The notes under the pieces are model-generated. The model ran no database searches. It saw nothing but the letters and a program-made list of their open reading frames with translations, and had not been told where the DNA came from. From positions 1-59,423 of IMG/VR virus record IMGVR_UViG_3300044723_010080: a DNA stretch of 59,423 nucleotides; one strand, 5' to 3'. Of this stretch, positions 47,872-57,245 are shown piece after piece (the stretch's first letter is position 1; each line of letters begins with the position of its first letter). The stretch is from a virus. Lineage: Duplodnaviria; Caudoviricetes. The position numbers and the translations under genes are program-made.

Positions 47872-48797
47872 GCGATAATCAAATAACAGAACAGTTAAAA
47901 AAGGTTGCATCTGATGTACTTTCAGAAGAAGTACTCCAAGAAATTGAAGCAGCTTTCAATGAATCAGTACAAGCCAAAGCTGACCAACTCGCACAACTGC
48001 GTGTTGAAAAGGCTCTTGTTGAACAGGATGAAGAGCATGCGGTCAAGCTTGAAAAACTACTTGAAGCTATCGATAAAGACCACACATCAAAACTGAACAA
48101 GGTTGTTGAAGCTATTGATAGTAACCATACAGCTAAGCTCAAGACTATAATCGAGAGGTTTCGTAAAGAGATCGATAGTGATGCAAAGATGTTCAAGGAA
48201 GGTTTGGTAGGTAACATTAGTGATTATCTTGATCTATATATTGAGAAAAATTTACCAGTAGAAGATATAAAAGAAGCGGTACGTAACAAACATGCAATGA
48301 GCATACTTGAAAGCTTGCGCAAATCGCTCAGTATTGATAAAATTATGGCAACAGAATCTGTACGCGAGGCAGTTATTGATGGTAAGAAACAAATTGATGA
48401 AGCAACACAACAAATCGAGGTGTTGCAGGAGCAAAATAAAAAATTGCAATACAATCTAAATGCGAAAGAAGCAAATCTAGCTCTCGATAGACTCACTGAA
48501 GGGTTACCAGCAACGAAAAGAAGACACATGATGAAAGTGTTTGACGGTAAAACAGCTGAGTTTATAAATGAAAATTTTCAATACACATTGGATATGTTCG
48601 AGAAAAGTGAAAAAGACAAACTCGATACACTCAAAGAACAAGCCACTGAGAACAAAACAGTCGCTGATCGTCCGATAACTGAGACTAAGAAGGTTGTCAG
48701 AGAGAGTGTTGAGACTCAAATTGAGCAAACAGATCCAAACAATAAACAAGACAAAGGACTTTTTGATAACTACATGGGTGAACTCACCCGGTGGTAA
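47868..48797 (+). CDS. T4 gp22-like prohead scaffolding protein
   Basis: Acidic coiled-coil protein between the protease and MCP; ISDYLDLYIE motif and C-terminal YM.EL. Confidence 0.8.
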   Translation: MSDNQITEQLKKVASDVLSEEVLQEIEAAFNESVQAKADQLAQLRVEKALVEQDEEHAVKLEKLLEAIDKDHTSKLNKVVEAIDSNHTAKLKTIIERFRKEIDSDAKMFKEGLVGNISDYLDLYIEKNLPVEDIKEAVRNKHAMSILESLRKSLSIDKIMATESVREAVIDGKKQIDEATQQIEVLQEQNKKLQYNLNAKEANLALDRLTEGLPATKRRHMMKVFDGKTAEFINENFQYTLDMFEKSEKDKLDTLKEQATENKTVADRPITETKKVVRESVETQIEQTDPNNKQDKGLFDNYMGELTRW

Positions 48798-48846
48798 TCT
48801 GTTGAGGCAAATTATAGCCTGAGTAATATAGGAAAACATTAGAATA

Positions 48847-50292
48847 ATGTCACAGGTAAAACCCGCACAATCATATATCGATCAAGAACGCGCAGGCGTA
48901 CTTCTTGAGAAATGGGCACCAGTACTTGATTATAGCTCTGACAATGTCAAAGCCATAACTGATGATCATTCTCGTTTAAACACTGCGATCCTCTTGGAAA
49001 ACCAAGAGACATGGTGCTTGAAAGAGAACTCATACGCTGGTTCGGCTCTCGGTGGTGCTTCCAACTTCGGTGGAATCACTGCTCCTGGAGGCCCTGGAGA
49101 TGCATACGCCACTGGTGATCATCGTCTCCCCAAGATCTTGATACCGATGATTCGTCGTACATTCCCTGAACTTATCACTAATGAGATCGTAGGCGTTCAA
49201 CCCATGAGCGGTCCTGTTGGACTCGCTTTTGCGATGCGTTACAAATATGAGACAGATAGTCTTGGTTCCACTGGAATCGACGGACACACATCTGGTAAAA
49301 CTCAAACTGGTAACGACGGACAGCCCCGCACAAACGATGCTCAAGAAGTTGGATATCAACTTCTCGACACTCGTTTCACAGGAGCTAGTTCGGCTGACCT
49401 TGGAGGCAACAACTTCACTGACAACCTTGGTGAATTCGTTGCTGAAGATGGCGGTATCGCTAAAGCACTCAAGGATTACGAGCTCACCGGTAACATTCCA
49501 CAGATGGTCGTCTCTTTTGAGAAGACTGCTGTTGAAGCTGGTACTCGTAGACTTGCTGCTCGTTGGAGTGTAGAACTTGAGCAAGACCTCAAGAACATGA
49601 ACGGAATTGATATCGATACTGAATTAACAAACGCTATGTCGTATGAAATTCAGGCCGAAATCGACCGTGAAATGCTCATGAGAATGGTTCAAGTGGCTGC
49701 TAACAATGCTGCTGGTGGTAAAGGTGTAAGCACCTGGAGCCCAGCTAGTGCTGATGGCCGTTGGATGGCTGAGCGTAATCGTGACCTGTATGCCAAGATC
49801 ATTGTTGAAGCGAATCGTATCGCTATCCGCAATCGTCGTGGTGCTGCTAACTTCTTAGTTGCAACACCTCGTGTTTGTGCGATTCTTGAAATGCTCCCTG
49901 AGTTTCAGTGGATGCAAGTTCAAGGCAGCGTGAACACCCAACCAGTAGGAATTGCTCGTGTTGGAAATCTTGGTGGACGGTTCAACGTTTATCGCGACAC
50001 ACGTACTGAAGCTCAATACGAAGACAGCAAACGCTCTTCTCGTCTTGAGTACATCCTCTTAGGATATAAAGGACCTGAGTTTTATGACACAGGTATCATT
50101 TATTGTCCGTACATCCCAGTGATGGTACAGAGGACAGTTGGTCCTAATGACTTTGCTCCACGCGTTGGTCTTTTGACCCGTTATGGTGTTGTTGATAACA
50201 TCTTCGGAGCTGAGCTTTACTACCACGTGATCGTCATTAAGAATCTCGGTGATTCGTTCACACCCGGCACTCAGTCGGTGTACTTCGGATAA
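48847..50292 (+). CDS. T4 gp23-like major capsid protein
   Basis: LLEKWAPVL, AILLENQE, LIPMIRR, GVQPMSGPVGL.FAMR, ELEQDLK, EIDRE, YCPYIP and TRYG motifs. Confidence 0.95.
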   Translation: MSQVKPAQSYIDQERAGVLLEKWAPVLDYSSDNVKAITDDHSRLNTAILLENQETWCLKENSYAGSALGGASNFGGITAPGGPGDAYATGDHRLPKILIPMIRRTFPELITNEIVGVQPMSGPVGLAFAMRYKYETDSLGSTGIDGHTSGKTQTGNDGQPRTNDAQEVGYQLLDTRFTGASSADLGGNNFTDNLGEFVAEDGGIAKALKDYELTGNIPQMVVSFEKTAVEAGTRRLAARWSVELEQDLKNMNGIDIDTELTNAMSYEIQAEIDREMLMRMVQVAANNAAGGKGVSTWSPASADGRWMAERNRDLYAKIIVEANRIAIRNRRGAANFLVATPRVCAILEMLPEFQWMQVQGSVNTQPVGIARVGNLGGRFNVYRDTRTEAQYEDSKRSSRLEYILLGYKGPEFYDTGIIYCPYIPVMVQRTVGPNDFAPRVGLLTRYGVVDNIFGAELYYHVIVIKNLGDSFTPGTQSVYFG

Positions 50293-50352
50293 TCTTAGAT
50301 TAGTCTCAATAGAGCCGGTGAAATGATACATCCGGCGATAAAAAACTTTTTT

Positions 50353-50388
50353 CGACTCTTACAGGTGATGCTGAAGAGTCGTTTTTTT
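50353..50388 (+). terminator. Rho-independent terminator after the MCP gene
   Basis: Stem cgactctt...aagagtcg followed by T7, between convergent genes. Confidence 0.8.
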
Positions 50389-50392
50389 GTCT

Positions 50393-51334
50393 CTATTGCT
50401 TGGATGTCTTTGTGTGCATCACGAATGGATCAACTAGATCCTGACATTCGCGAGCAATCAGCGCTACATTAGACGCTCTCACTGGATTGATATCGATACC
50501 ACCTCTTCTCGCGTACAAGCATGTGACTACGAGTTCTTCTGGTGATAGAACATCGTACAATCTCTTGTAGACGGTCTCACAAATCTCTTCATGGAAGTGA
50601 CACTCATCTCTAAACGAAACGATGTATTTTAACAAACTATCACTTGTAACATGTGTCTGGCCTTTATACATGATATAGATATCACCCCAATCCGGTTGGC
50701 TTGTAACACGACAATTACTTTTCAGCAAGCTACTATGCCATCTAACTTCACTAGAGTTAACACCGTTTTTATCGTCTAACTCTTCTAACTCCAACAACTC
50801 AGGTGTTTCACTATATGTATCCAGCACCATCTCCCCTAATTGCTCTTGTGTGAACATACCTTCTAAGGTAGTATATGCATACGGATCTAGCACTTGATCT
50901 CCCTTAGCTATGAAGTTAGCAGGTTGCGTGTGTACATGTACTGTTGTTTCAAGTAGTGCTGAAAGGTCCTCTGTAGCTTTCTGGTCTATAAAATCCAACA
51001 CATCGACTGGTTGTTCACCACACTTAAACATGTTAAATGAATTGAAGTATAGCTTAATACTCTTACTCTCGACAATATATTTACTGTCACACGGGTAGAC
51101 CACTTTCGCGACACCAGCTACCGGCATGCCATTGTTTGTCAATGCACTAACTTCATATGCATTCCATGTATCGTAACCAACAAACGGTAAATCATCATCT
51201 GTTATATCTAGATGCTTCCTGTTGTTTGATCTCGGTTCACTCACCAATAGTGTAGGGTCGTATTGATCCTTATATTCGGAGGTTTGACCGAGGTGTTTAG
51301 ATATTCTGGAATTGTCTAATGTCGCTGTTTTCAT
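50393..51334 (-). CDS. queF: NADPH-dependent 7-cyano-7-deazaguanine (preQ0) reductase, bimodular type
   Basis: YDPTLL..PR, W.AYE.S, VESKSIKLYFNSFN, LKSNCRVTSQPDWG, FHE..CE and RRGGIDINP motifs. Confidence 0.92.
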   Translation of the reverse strand: MKTATLDNSRISKHLGQTSEYKDQYDPTLLVSEPRSNNRKHLDITDDDLPFVGYDTWNAYEVSALTNNGMPVAGVAKVVYPCDSKYIVESKSIKLYFNSFNMFKCGEQPVDVLDFIDQKATEDLSALLETTVHVHTQPANFIAKGDQVLDPYAYTTLEGMFTQEQLGEMVLDTYSETPELLELEELDDKNGVNSSEVRWHSSLLKSNCRVTSQPDWGDIYIMYKGQTHVTSDSLLKYIVSFRDECHFHEEICETVYKRLYDVLSPEELVVTCLYARRGGIDINPVRASNVALIARECQDLVDPFVMHTKTSKQ

Positions 51335-51884
51335 ATTGTATTGTTTCTAAAATTGTTCCCATTCTGTCTTCAACTGTACCAGACAGTCTTACCACTTTGT
51401 CCATCCAGTAGTAATCCTGTGCAAACAAGTCTTCATAACGATTAATTATGTCTTGTCTAAAATTTAAATCAACACTTCTCGTACCGTCAGCTACTAATGG
51501 TACATCCTCCGGTTGTGTGTAAAATATAACATCAATTTTATCTATCAGTAAATTGAGTAGATTGCATGCATATGTAGTTATCCATTCACTCACCTTGCCC
51601 ATTCTTGCTAGACATGACGTGTACACATAGCCATCTAATATACATCTATCGAGCAACATGTCATGTTTGAGTGTATGGTTGTTCAGATGTTCATTCAATA
51701 TCATCAATTGTGTGATATCATTTCCATCTAAATTAATTTTATGACCTTCACGCTTCACCTTTCTTGTCACCTCCTGCACAAAATTGAAATTATGAAATGC
51801 CTCATTTATACCTTTCAACTCTGAACATCTGGACAGTAACGTCGATTTACCTGTGCATTGTGCTCCTGTGAATCCGATTAACAT
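51297..51884 (-). CDS. P-loop nucleotide kinase-like protein (AAA_28/dNMP kinase type)
   Basis: N-terminal GAQCTGKS, LLDRCILD and DGTRS motifs. Confidence 0.75.
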   Translation of the reverse strand: MLIGFTGAQCTGKSTLLSRCSELKGINEAFHNFNFVQEVTRKVKREGHKINLDGNDITQLMILNEHLNNHTLKHDMLLDRCILDGYVYTSCLARMGKVSEWITTYACNLLNLLIDKIDVIFYTQPEDVPLVADGTRSVDLNFRQDIINRYEDLFAQDYYWMDKVVRLSGTVEDRMGTILETIQYENSDIRQFQNI

Positions 51885-51890
51885 ATTTCT

Positions 51891-51919
51891 ATTATAGTAT
51901 ACATGATATTATTTTTCAA
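51891..51919 (-). promoter_or_regulatory. Sigma70-type promoter, leaderless configuration
   Basis: TTGAAA-N17-TATAAT, then 6 nt, then the ATG at 51884. Confidence 0.7.
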
Positions 51920-52250
51920 CAACATTTTCCGGATAGTTACTCCGATCATCCATCTCAGTGAGATTTTTTTCAGTCCACATAGCACATAACAAATTCCATA
52001 CAACCGCAGCAGCATGATCTTCATCTTGTTCACCTTTCCACCATGCATGTAAATGTCGATTTGCACAATCAAAATACACACTCAACGGCATGCCCTTGCA
52101 CCAATTGTTCTCACCATATTTGTTGGCCCCGTCAAGATAACGTCTCATAACACGTCTCAACTCTTCCTGAGGGACCAATGACATTCTGAGTTTACCTTCA
52201 CCAGTGTCACGTTGAGCACCAGTGTCAAATTTTCTATTTTTTTGTTTCAT
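51909..52250 (-). CDS. dATP/dGTP diphosphohydrolase domain protein (DUF5664-like)
   Basis: FDTGAQRD...GK.R.SL.P...GANKYGENNW.KG...RH...W..G..DEDH.AAV.WN. ATG at 52250 overlaps the upstream TGA. Confidence 0.8.
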   Translation of the reverse strand: MKQKNRKFDTGAQRDTGEGKLRMSLVPQEELRRVMRRYLDGANKYGENNWCKGMPLSVYFDCANRHLHAWWKGEQDEDHAAAVVWNLLCAMWTEKNLTEMDDRSNYPENVVEK

Positions 52251-52789
52251 CAATGTAACACGATCCCGGTTTCTGACCACAGATCAACCTTACATATTTT
52301 AAGTCTATCTTTTGAGCATGTGAAGTATTTTATATTACCATCTGTATCTCTCACTCGAGTTAGATCTTTAGGATCTATCTCAACACATGTGATCAAATCG
52401 ATACCATTGTAACCATCATCATATGATGAGCTGTACAATCCATCTGGATGTTCATAACCAACAATGGCTCCGAACTTTTTTCTCCATATAAATTTATAGT
52501 GTACTATGTCTCCAAGTTCAAATGTTTTCTTAATATTCAGTGTTCCAGATATATCTACATGTTTACATTTTTTGGCAGATATGATTCTACGTTTGTATTG
52601 ATGATTACTATCAACAATACACTTCAAACGTTTGTTTAAATTTATTATTTCATATCTAAGCCTTTCACCAGAACCGATTATCGAAACAACTTCTCCGAAT
52701 CCTTTCCGAGCCGGTATATCTTCCTTGTATTTGACATACGAACCAACTTCAACTGGTTTGTCATGAAATATTTTTATTCTACTCAGCAT
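52250..52789 (-). CDS. Hypothetical protein with two SH3-like repeats
   Basis: VEVGSYVKYK..FGEVV and FELGDIVHYK..FGAIV are internal repeats. Start at 52789 was chosen to minimise overlap. Confidence 0.55.
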   Translation of the reverse strand: MLSRIKIFHDKPVEVGSYVKYKEDIPARKGFGEVVSIIGSGERLRYEIINLNKRLKCIVDSNHQYKRRIISAKKCKHVDISGTLNIKKTFELGDIVHYKFIWRKKFGAIVGYEHPDGLYSSSYDDGYNGIDLITCVEIDPKDLTRVRDTDGNIKYFTCSKDRLKICKVDLWSETGIVLH

Positions 52790-53042
52790 CAGCGTAAATA
52801 TAATCAATATACATATTGACAGTATCCTGTATTGTTCTTTTCTGTAGTCGTTCAATCGACCGGTCGTATCGCGCGATCGGGTCATTCAATTCGTCAAAGA
52901 AATCTAACGCGTTTTGACCTTCGAGATTTATTTCAACTTTTATATTATGATCCAATGTTATATGGTGTTCTGTTTTGATCGTGGCGCAAGATGATAAAAT
53001 TATAATCTTTAAAAATAAAAATACGCTAATAATTCTCATCAA
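52779..53042 (-). CDS. Putative lipoprotein, YnbE-like
   Basis: Hydrophobic signal ending LSSC, followed by IKTEHHITLDHNIKVEI...ALDFFDEL. Confidence 0.55.
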   Translation of the reverse strand: MMRIISVFLFLKIIILSSCATIKTEHHITLDHNIKVEINLEGQNALDFFDELNDPIARYDRSIERLQKRTIQDTVNMYIDYIYADAE

Positions 53043-53586
53043 TGGACAGGTTAATAAAATCTATCCATAATTGTGTAGCCATTTGATGTAAATAGCAACT
53101 TAGTACTTTTGCTCCCGGGAAAGTGTTACTAACTGATCTCTCGATAATGATCTCACCATCATCAACTCTAGATGTTACATGATGGATGACACAACCAACA
53201 CGCGTGTACCGCTCCGGGTATTCACATTCAAACACACGCCTCTGAGGGTCGGCACCCTTGAGTTCCGGGTATTGTCTTATCAACCCCGGATGAAGATTAT
53301 ATATTGTATGATCTTTACATATACTCTTGGGTATTATTCTCATCCAACCATGTAACGTCACGATGGCATCACTCCATATGATTCTACTATAATCTTGTAC
53401 CTCCGGGCGATCCTTAACATAAACAATATCCACATTGTTAAGTAACTTTTTATTTATGTCTTTATCTCCCGGTGATTTGTTTGTAACTACTCGATCCGGG
53501 TACCGTCCTATACTTTTAGATATATTGTATATCTCGTTACCTGTGTGACTAAAAAACGCCACCCATTTTTTATTATCAAATAACAT
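53026..53586 (-). CDS. PurN-like formyltransferase (candidate preQ1 formyltransferase, DpdN-like)
   Basis: LHGWMRIIP, YNLHPGL..YPELKG and GCVIH.VT..VDDG formyltransferase motifs; clustered with queF. Confidence 0.8.
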   Translation of the reverse strand: MLFDNKKWVAFFSHTGNEIYNISKSIGRYPDRVVTNKSPGDKDINKKLLNNVDIVYVKDRPEVQDYSRIIWSDAIVTLHGWMRIIPKSICKDHTIYNLHPGLIRQYPELKGADPQRRVFECEYPERYTRVGCVIHHVTSRVDDGEIIIERSVSNTFPGAKVLSCYLHQMATQLWIDFINLSIDENY

Positions 53587-53589
53587 TTT

Positions 53590-54423
53590 CTATCTTCTCA
53601 ATATTTTCTTGAACATTTTTGTGTTGTAATTCAGATCGTCTATTTGATCATCCGTCATTTCATAGTCAATTAAATCTGCGAGCAACGTGCTAGGTTTGTG
53701 TCGCAAGCCGAGATCATCATTGTATCTGTATCCTTTGATAGCTGCCACCACTGGATTGCTCGTGTCACAGCTTTTTATGTTGTGTATGTTATTATCAACA
53801 TACCATCTGAACTCATTAGCGAGACTACAACCTAACAGGTGATGTGGTTTGTCCCATCTCCATATACCTTCATCAATAAGCTGCCGGATGAATCTTATTC
53901 TACCGGATCGCATTTTAGCTAACCTGGGTGGATCAGTTGTGTTCGCACAATATCCTGTGTGTTGATAATATGAATAATCAAAACTAATCGCTACATATTC
54001 TGCATTATCAGACATGAACCGGTAACATTCAACTAAATCGTTCCAATCCTTGCCCTGTACCACTCCTATTTTAAGAGCACCATCACCCAAAGCATTACTA
54101 TTATCAGTGTATCTCAACATCCAATCATTCCATGCATCACATGTTTTCTCACAATCCTCTAGAACATCCGGTACTATATAGTAGTTTGGTTTCAATTTGT
54201 CGATCCACCCACAATATTTTTTTGGATCAAACGCTTTTTTCAATTCAAATATACTATTATCAAGTAACACTGGCGTGTCGGAGCAACTTCTCACATTTTT
54301 AAAAAAATCATAATATCTAGGATGTGTTTCAAATAAATGAACCAGTGCGTACGCATAATCATTATAAGTTAAGGAATGTTCCAACATTGATATTGGACTT
54401 TCATGTGACACTTCAATAAACAT
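53590..54423 (-). CDS. Divergent TGT/DpdA-like 7-deazaguanine transglycosylase
   Basis: TIM-barrel TGT-like motifs LLDNS, IVPDV, GVVQG, HHLLG and SCDTS.P; clustered with queF. ATG at 54423 sits at the predicted start of the promoter. Confidence 0.7.
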   Translation of the reverse strand: MFIEVSHESPISMLEHSLTYNDYAYALVHLFETHPRYYDFFKNVRSCSDTPVLLDNSIFELKKAFDPKKYCGWIDKLKPNYYIVPDVLEDCEKTCDAWNDWMLRYTDNSNALGDGALKIGVVQGKDWNDLVECYRFMSDNAEYVAISFDYSYYQHTGYCANTTDPPRLAKMRSGRIRFIRQLIDEGIWRWDKPHHLLGCSLANEFRWYVDNNIHNIKSCDTSNPVVAAIKGYRYNDDLGLRHKPSTLLADLIDYEMTDDQIDDLNYNTKMFKKILRR

Positions 54424-54429
54424 AATATT

Positions 54430-54458
54430 ATTATAAATGATCTTGTTGCATATGTCAA
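54430..54458 (-). promoter_or_regulatory. Consensus sigma70 promoter for the modification operon
   Basis: TTGACA-N17-TATAAT exact consensus, 6 nt before the ATG at 54423. Confidence 0.85.
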
Positions 54459-54484
54459 CAACAAACATTATAATTTTATAAATA
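54446..54484 (+). promoter_or_regulatory. Overlapping divergent sigma70-like promoter plus T4 late element for clpC
   Basis: TTGCAT-N17-TATAAT (54446-54474) followed by TATAAATA (54477-54484). Confidence 0.6.
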
Positions 54485-54487
54485 AAT

Positions 54488-56971
54488 ATGAACATGAACG
54501 AACAACCAGAGCTTTCCGTTGGGGGCAGAAGGGTGATGATGCACGCCAAAAAACTGGCACGTGATTACCAACATGATTTCATTACAACAGAACATGTGTT
54601 GTTGAGCATAATGGAGAGTGACCGTGTGCCTAAAGGCATCAAGATAATGCAAACGGTACACAAGATAGAGATCGATAGTTTCAGATCCTTTGTCACATCA
54701 AATTTAAAAAAGTACAGAGGACCCAAAAAACCGGATCTACATGATATTGAACCTAGCAGCCGCATGTTGAAAATGTTATCATACGCTAGCTGTATAGCAC
54801 AAGAGATGGATGCAACTTTGGTTGATATTGATCATTTGCTGCTCAGTATACTTGTTAGTGACACTGGTAGTGGTAACAATCTATTCAAATTGAAAAATAT
54901 AGATGTTGATGTGTTATATGAAGATATATACTCACGTGTGTGTCCCAAAAAAGTAAACAACCGTAAACGCACCAAAAGTCGAGCGATTCCGGGAGGAGGT
55001 AGTGATAGTGATGATGTGGGTGATCACACGGAGAGTGTGATTGAAACATATGCAAACAATCTCACCAGACAAGCCAGTAGAGGTGAGCTAGATCCAGTGA
55101 TTGGTAGAGATGAAGATGTTCAATCGATGATTGAAGTGTTGAGTAGAAGGACAAAAAACAACCCGGTTCTGATTGGTGAGCCAGGAGTGGGTAAGACAGC
55201 AGTTGTTGAATTGCTGGCTCAACGAATATCGAAACAAATTGTACCAAGCAATTTGAGAAACAAACAGATATACACACTGGATCTTGCACAACTGGTTGCA
55301 GGTACCATTTATCGTGGACAATTCGAGGAGCGATTGAAAGAGGTTATCAACTATGTACAAACACACAAAGATATAATATTGTTCATCGATGAACTACACA
55401 TGCTTGTTGGAGCCGGAAGCACCAGTGGTAGTATGGATGCAAGTAACATTCTAAAACCAGCATTGGCCAGAGGCAAGTTGAGTTGCATTGGAGCGACCAC
55501 CATACAGGAATACAAGGAACATATCGAGAATGATGGTGCGTTAGACCGGAGGTTTCAATCGATCATCGTGGATGAACCTACAATTCCAGACACCATTGAA
55601 ATACTACGTGGTATAAAAAGCAAGTATGAAGAGTTTCATAATGTGAAATACAACAAGGGTGTGCTGACAGAGATGGTCAATTTGTGTGACCGTTATTTGA
55701 CTGACAAACGTTTCCCTGACAAAGCCATTGATATACTGGATGAGGTTGGAGCCCGTGTGAAGATCGAGCGATACAAAACACAGCTAATTGAAGATTTGAT
55801 CGAGCAGATCGAACAGACCATAAACAACAAGAACAGATGTGTTGAGAATCAGCAATTTGATGTGGCTTTAGGTTATCGAGACACAGAATTTGAGTTGTGT
55901 GATAGACTGGATGAACACATCAAGGAGCAACAACTGATAGAGCAAAAGAAAGCTCGACCGGTGAAGATCGAACTATCTCAGGTGAGAGATTTGATCAGCA
56001 CAAAATCTGGTGTGCCAATATCGTGTCTCGAGCAGAACGAAGCAGAAACGTTACGTAAATTGGCTCAGAGTGTGAAGTGTCGAGTGATTGGTCAAGATGA
56101 TGGTATTGATCGTATCTGCAATGCTGTTAAACGCAATCGAGCTGGAGTGAGTGATCCTAACAAACCCATATGTTCGCTGTTGTTTTTAGGACCCACAGGT
56201 GTGGGAAAAACACATCTCGCGAGAGTGTTAGGCGAGCAAATGTTTCATGAAGGTAATTTCAAGCAATATGACATGAGCGAGTTCAGTGAGAAACACAGTG
56301 TGAGCAAACTGATTGGTAGTCCACCAGGTTATATAGGCTTCGGAGATGGTGGAGATTTGACTGAGTTTGTGCGGTTCAATCCATATAGCGTGTTGTTGTT
56401 TGATGAGATTGAGAAGGCACACCCTGAAGTGTTACAATTGTTTCTGCAGATATTTGAATATGGTCAATTGACCGACAGCGAAGGTGTTGATGTGAATTTC
56501 AAGAACACAATAATCGTGATGACAAGCAACATAGGAGCACACAAGTTCGAGAAGATGAACGGTGTTGGTTTCTCTCCAACAAACAACGACACACATTCAG
56601 GTGTGATGGAGGTGTTACAAAAAACATACGCACCAGAATTTCTCAACAGAATTGATGAGACTGTGGTGTTCAACAAGCTCACTGACAAGCACGTGACACA
56701 AGTGACATGCTTGTTGTTACGTCAATTACGAACCAATCTGAGAAAAAACATCAAATGTCGATTGTCATACGACGACCAAGTTGTTGACAAACTCGTGAAG
56801 CTCAACAATGACACCATGTATGGTGCACGTCCGTTGAGGAGACTCATAACTGAGCATGTGGAAACACCACTGGCGGATGTGTTGATAGATCATCCAGGAG
56901 ATGTGAAAGCGGTGCGATTGTTTGTCAATCAAGAAGATCAAATATCTTTCGACGTGACTCACAGTAACTAG
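54488..56971 (+). CDS. clpC: ATP-dependent Clp protease ATPase subunit, ClpC type
   Basis: Two Clp_N repeats, Walker A GEPGVGKT and GPTGVGKT, FIDELH and LFDEIEKAH, a UVR-like middle domain, and a VGF ClpP-docking-like loop. The start may be 54494. Confidence 0.85.
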   Translation: MNMNEQPELSVGGRRVMMHAKKLARDYQHDFITTEHVLLSIMESDRVPKGIKIMQTVHKIEIDSFRSFVTSNLKKYRGPKKPDLHDIEPSSRMLKMLSYASCIAQEMDATLVDIDHLLLSILVSDTGSGNNLFKLKNIDVDVLYEDIYSRVCPKKVNNRKRTKSRAIPGGGSDSDDVGDHTESVIETYANNLTRQASRGELDPVIGRDEDVQSMIEVLSRRTKNNPVLIGEPGVGKTAVVELLAQRISKQIVPSNLRNKQIYTLDLAQLVAGTIYRGQFEERLKEVINYVQTHKDIILFIDELHMLVGAGSTSGSMDASNILKPALARGKLSCIGATTIQEYKEHIENDGALDRRFQSIIVDEPTIPDTIEILRGIKSKYEEFHNVKYNKGVLTEMVNLCDRYLTDKRFPDKAIDILDEVGARVKIERYKTQLIEDLIEQIEQTINNKNRCVENQQFDVALGYRDTEFELCDRLDEHIKEQQLIEQKKARPVKIELSQVRDLISTKSGVPISCLEQNEAETLRKLAQSVKCRVIGQDDGIDRICNAVKRNRAGVSDPNKPICSLLFLGPTGVGKTHLARVLGEQMFHEGNFKQYDMSEFSEKHSVSKLIGSPPGYIGFGDGGDLTEFVRFNPYSVLLFDEIEKAHPEVLQLFLQIFEYGQLTDSEGVDVNFKNTIIVMTSNIGAHKFEKMNGVGFSPTNNDTHSGVMEVLQKTYAPEFLNRIDETVVFNKLTDKHVTQVTCLLLRQLRTNLRKNIKCRLSYDDQVVDKLVKLNNDTMYGARPLRRLITEHVETPLADVLIDHPGDVKAVRLFVNQEDQISFDVTHSN

Positions 56972-57230
56972 CCAGCTCTCGAGCCACTTGTTTCTCCACC
57001 CGCTCCACAAATTGTGATGTGACCGCAGGTGGTTCACCATATTTGCGTTGATACTCCACTATCACGTTCAATATCACATCCTCTTTGTAGCAATCAAGCA
57101 CGTGTTTCAAGTCATGAGCCACTTCACCATTACACTCACACTCGTAACAGATTGGACAGTGATTGTCCTTGACAGATCTGTTGGATGCATATTGATCCAT
57201 ATAATCAGATAACGAAAGTGTAAACTTCAT
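56925..57230 (-). CDS. Hypothetical protein with CxxC/Cys-His cluster
   Basis: 101-aa ORF (HCPICYECEC...H..H..DC) filling the gap. Confidence 0.55.
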   Translation of the reverse strand: MKFTLSLSDYMDQYASNRSVKDNHCPICYECECNGEVAHDLKHVLDCYKEDVILNVIVEYQRKYGEPPAVTSQFVERVEKQVARELASYCESRRKIFDLLD

Positions 57231-57245
57231 CGACTAAATATTTAT

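Noticed and set aside
49030-49584. 184-aa antisense ORF within the major capsid gene
   Set aside because: No recognisable motif or start signal; typical antisense shadow of a highly expressed gene.
50314-50336. gccgg...ccggc hairpin after the MCP stop as a separate ncRNA
   Set aside because: Short; adequately explained as a 3'-UTR stabiliser or minus-strand terminator for the convergent operon.
54424-54549. N-terminal extension of the DpdA-like ORF given in the track
   Set aside because: It overlaps clpC and the promoter region; ATG 54423 fits the consensus promoter.
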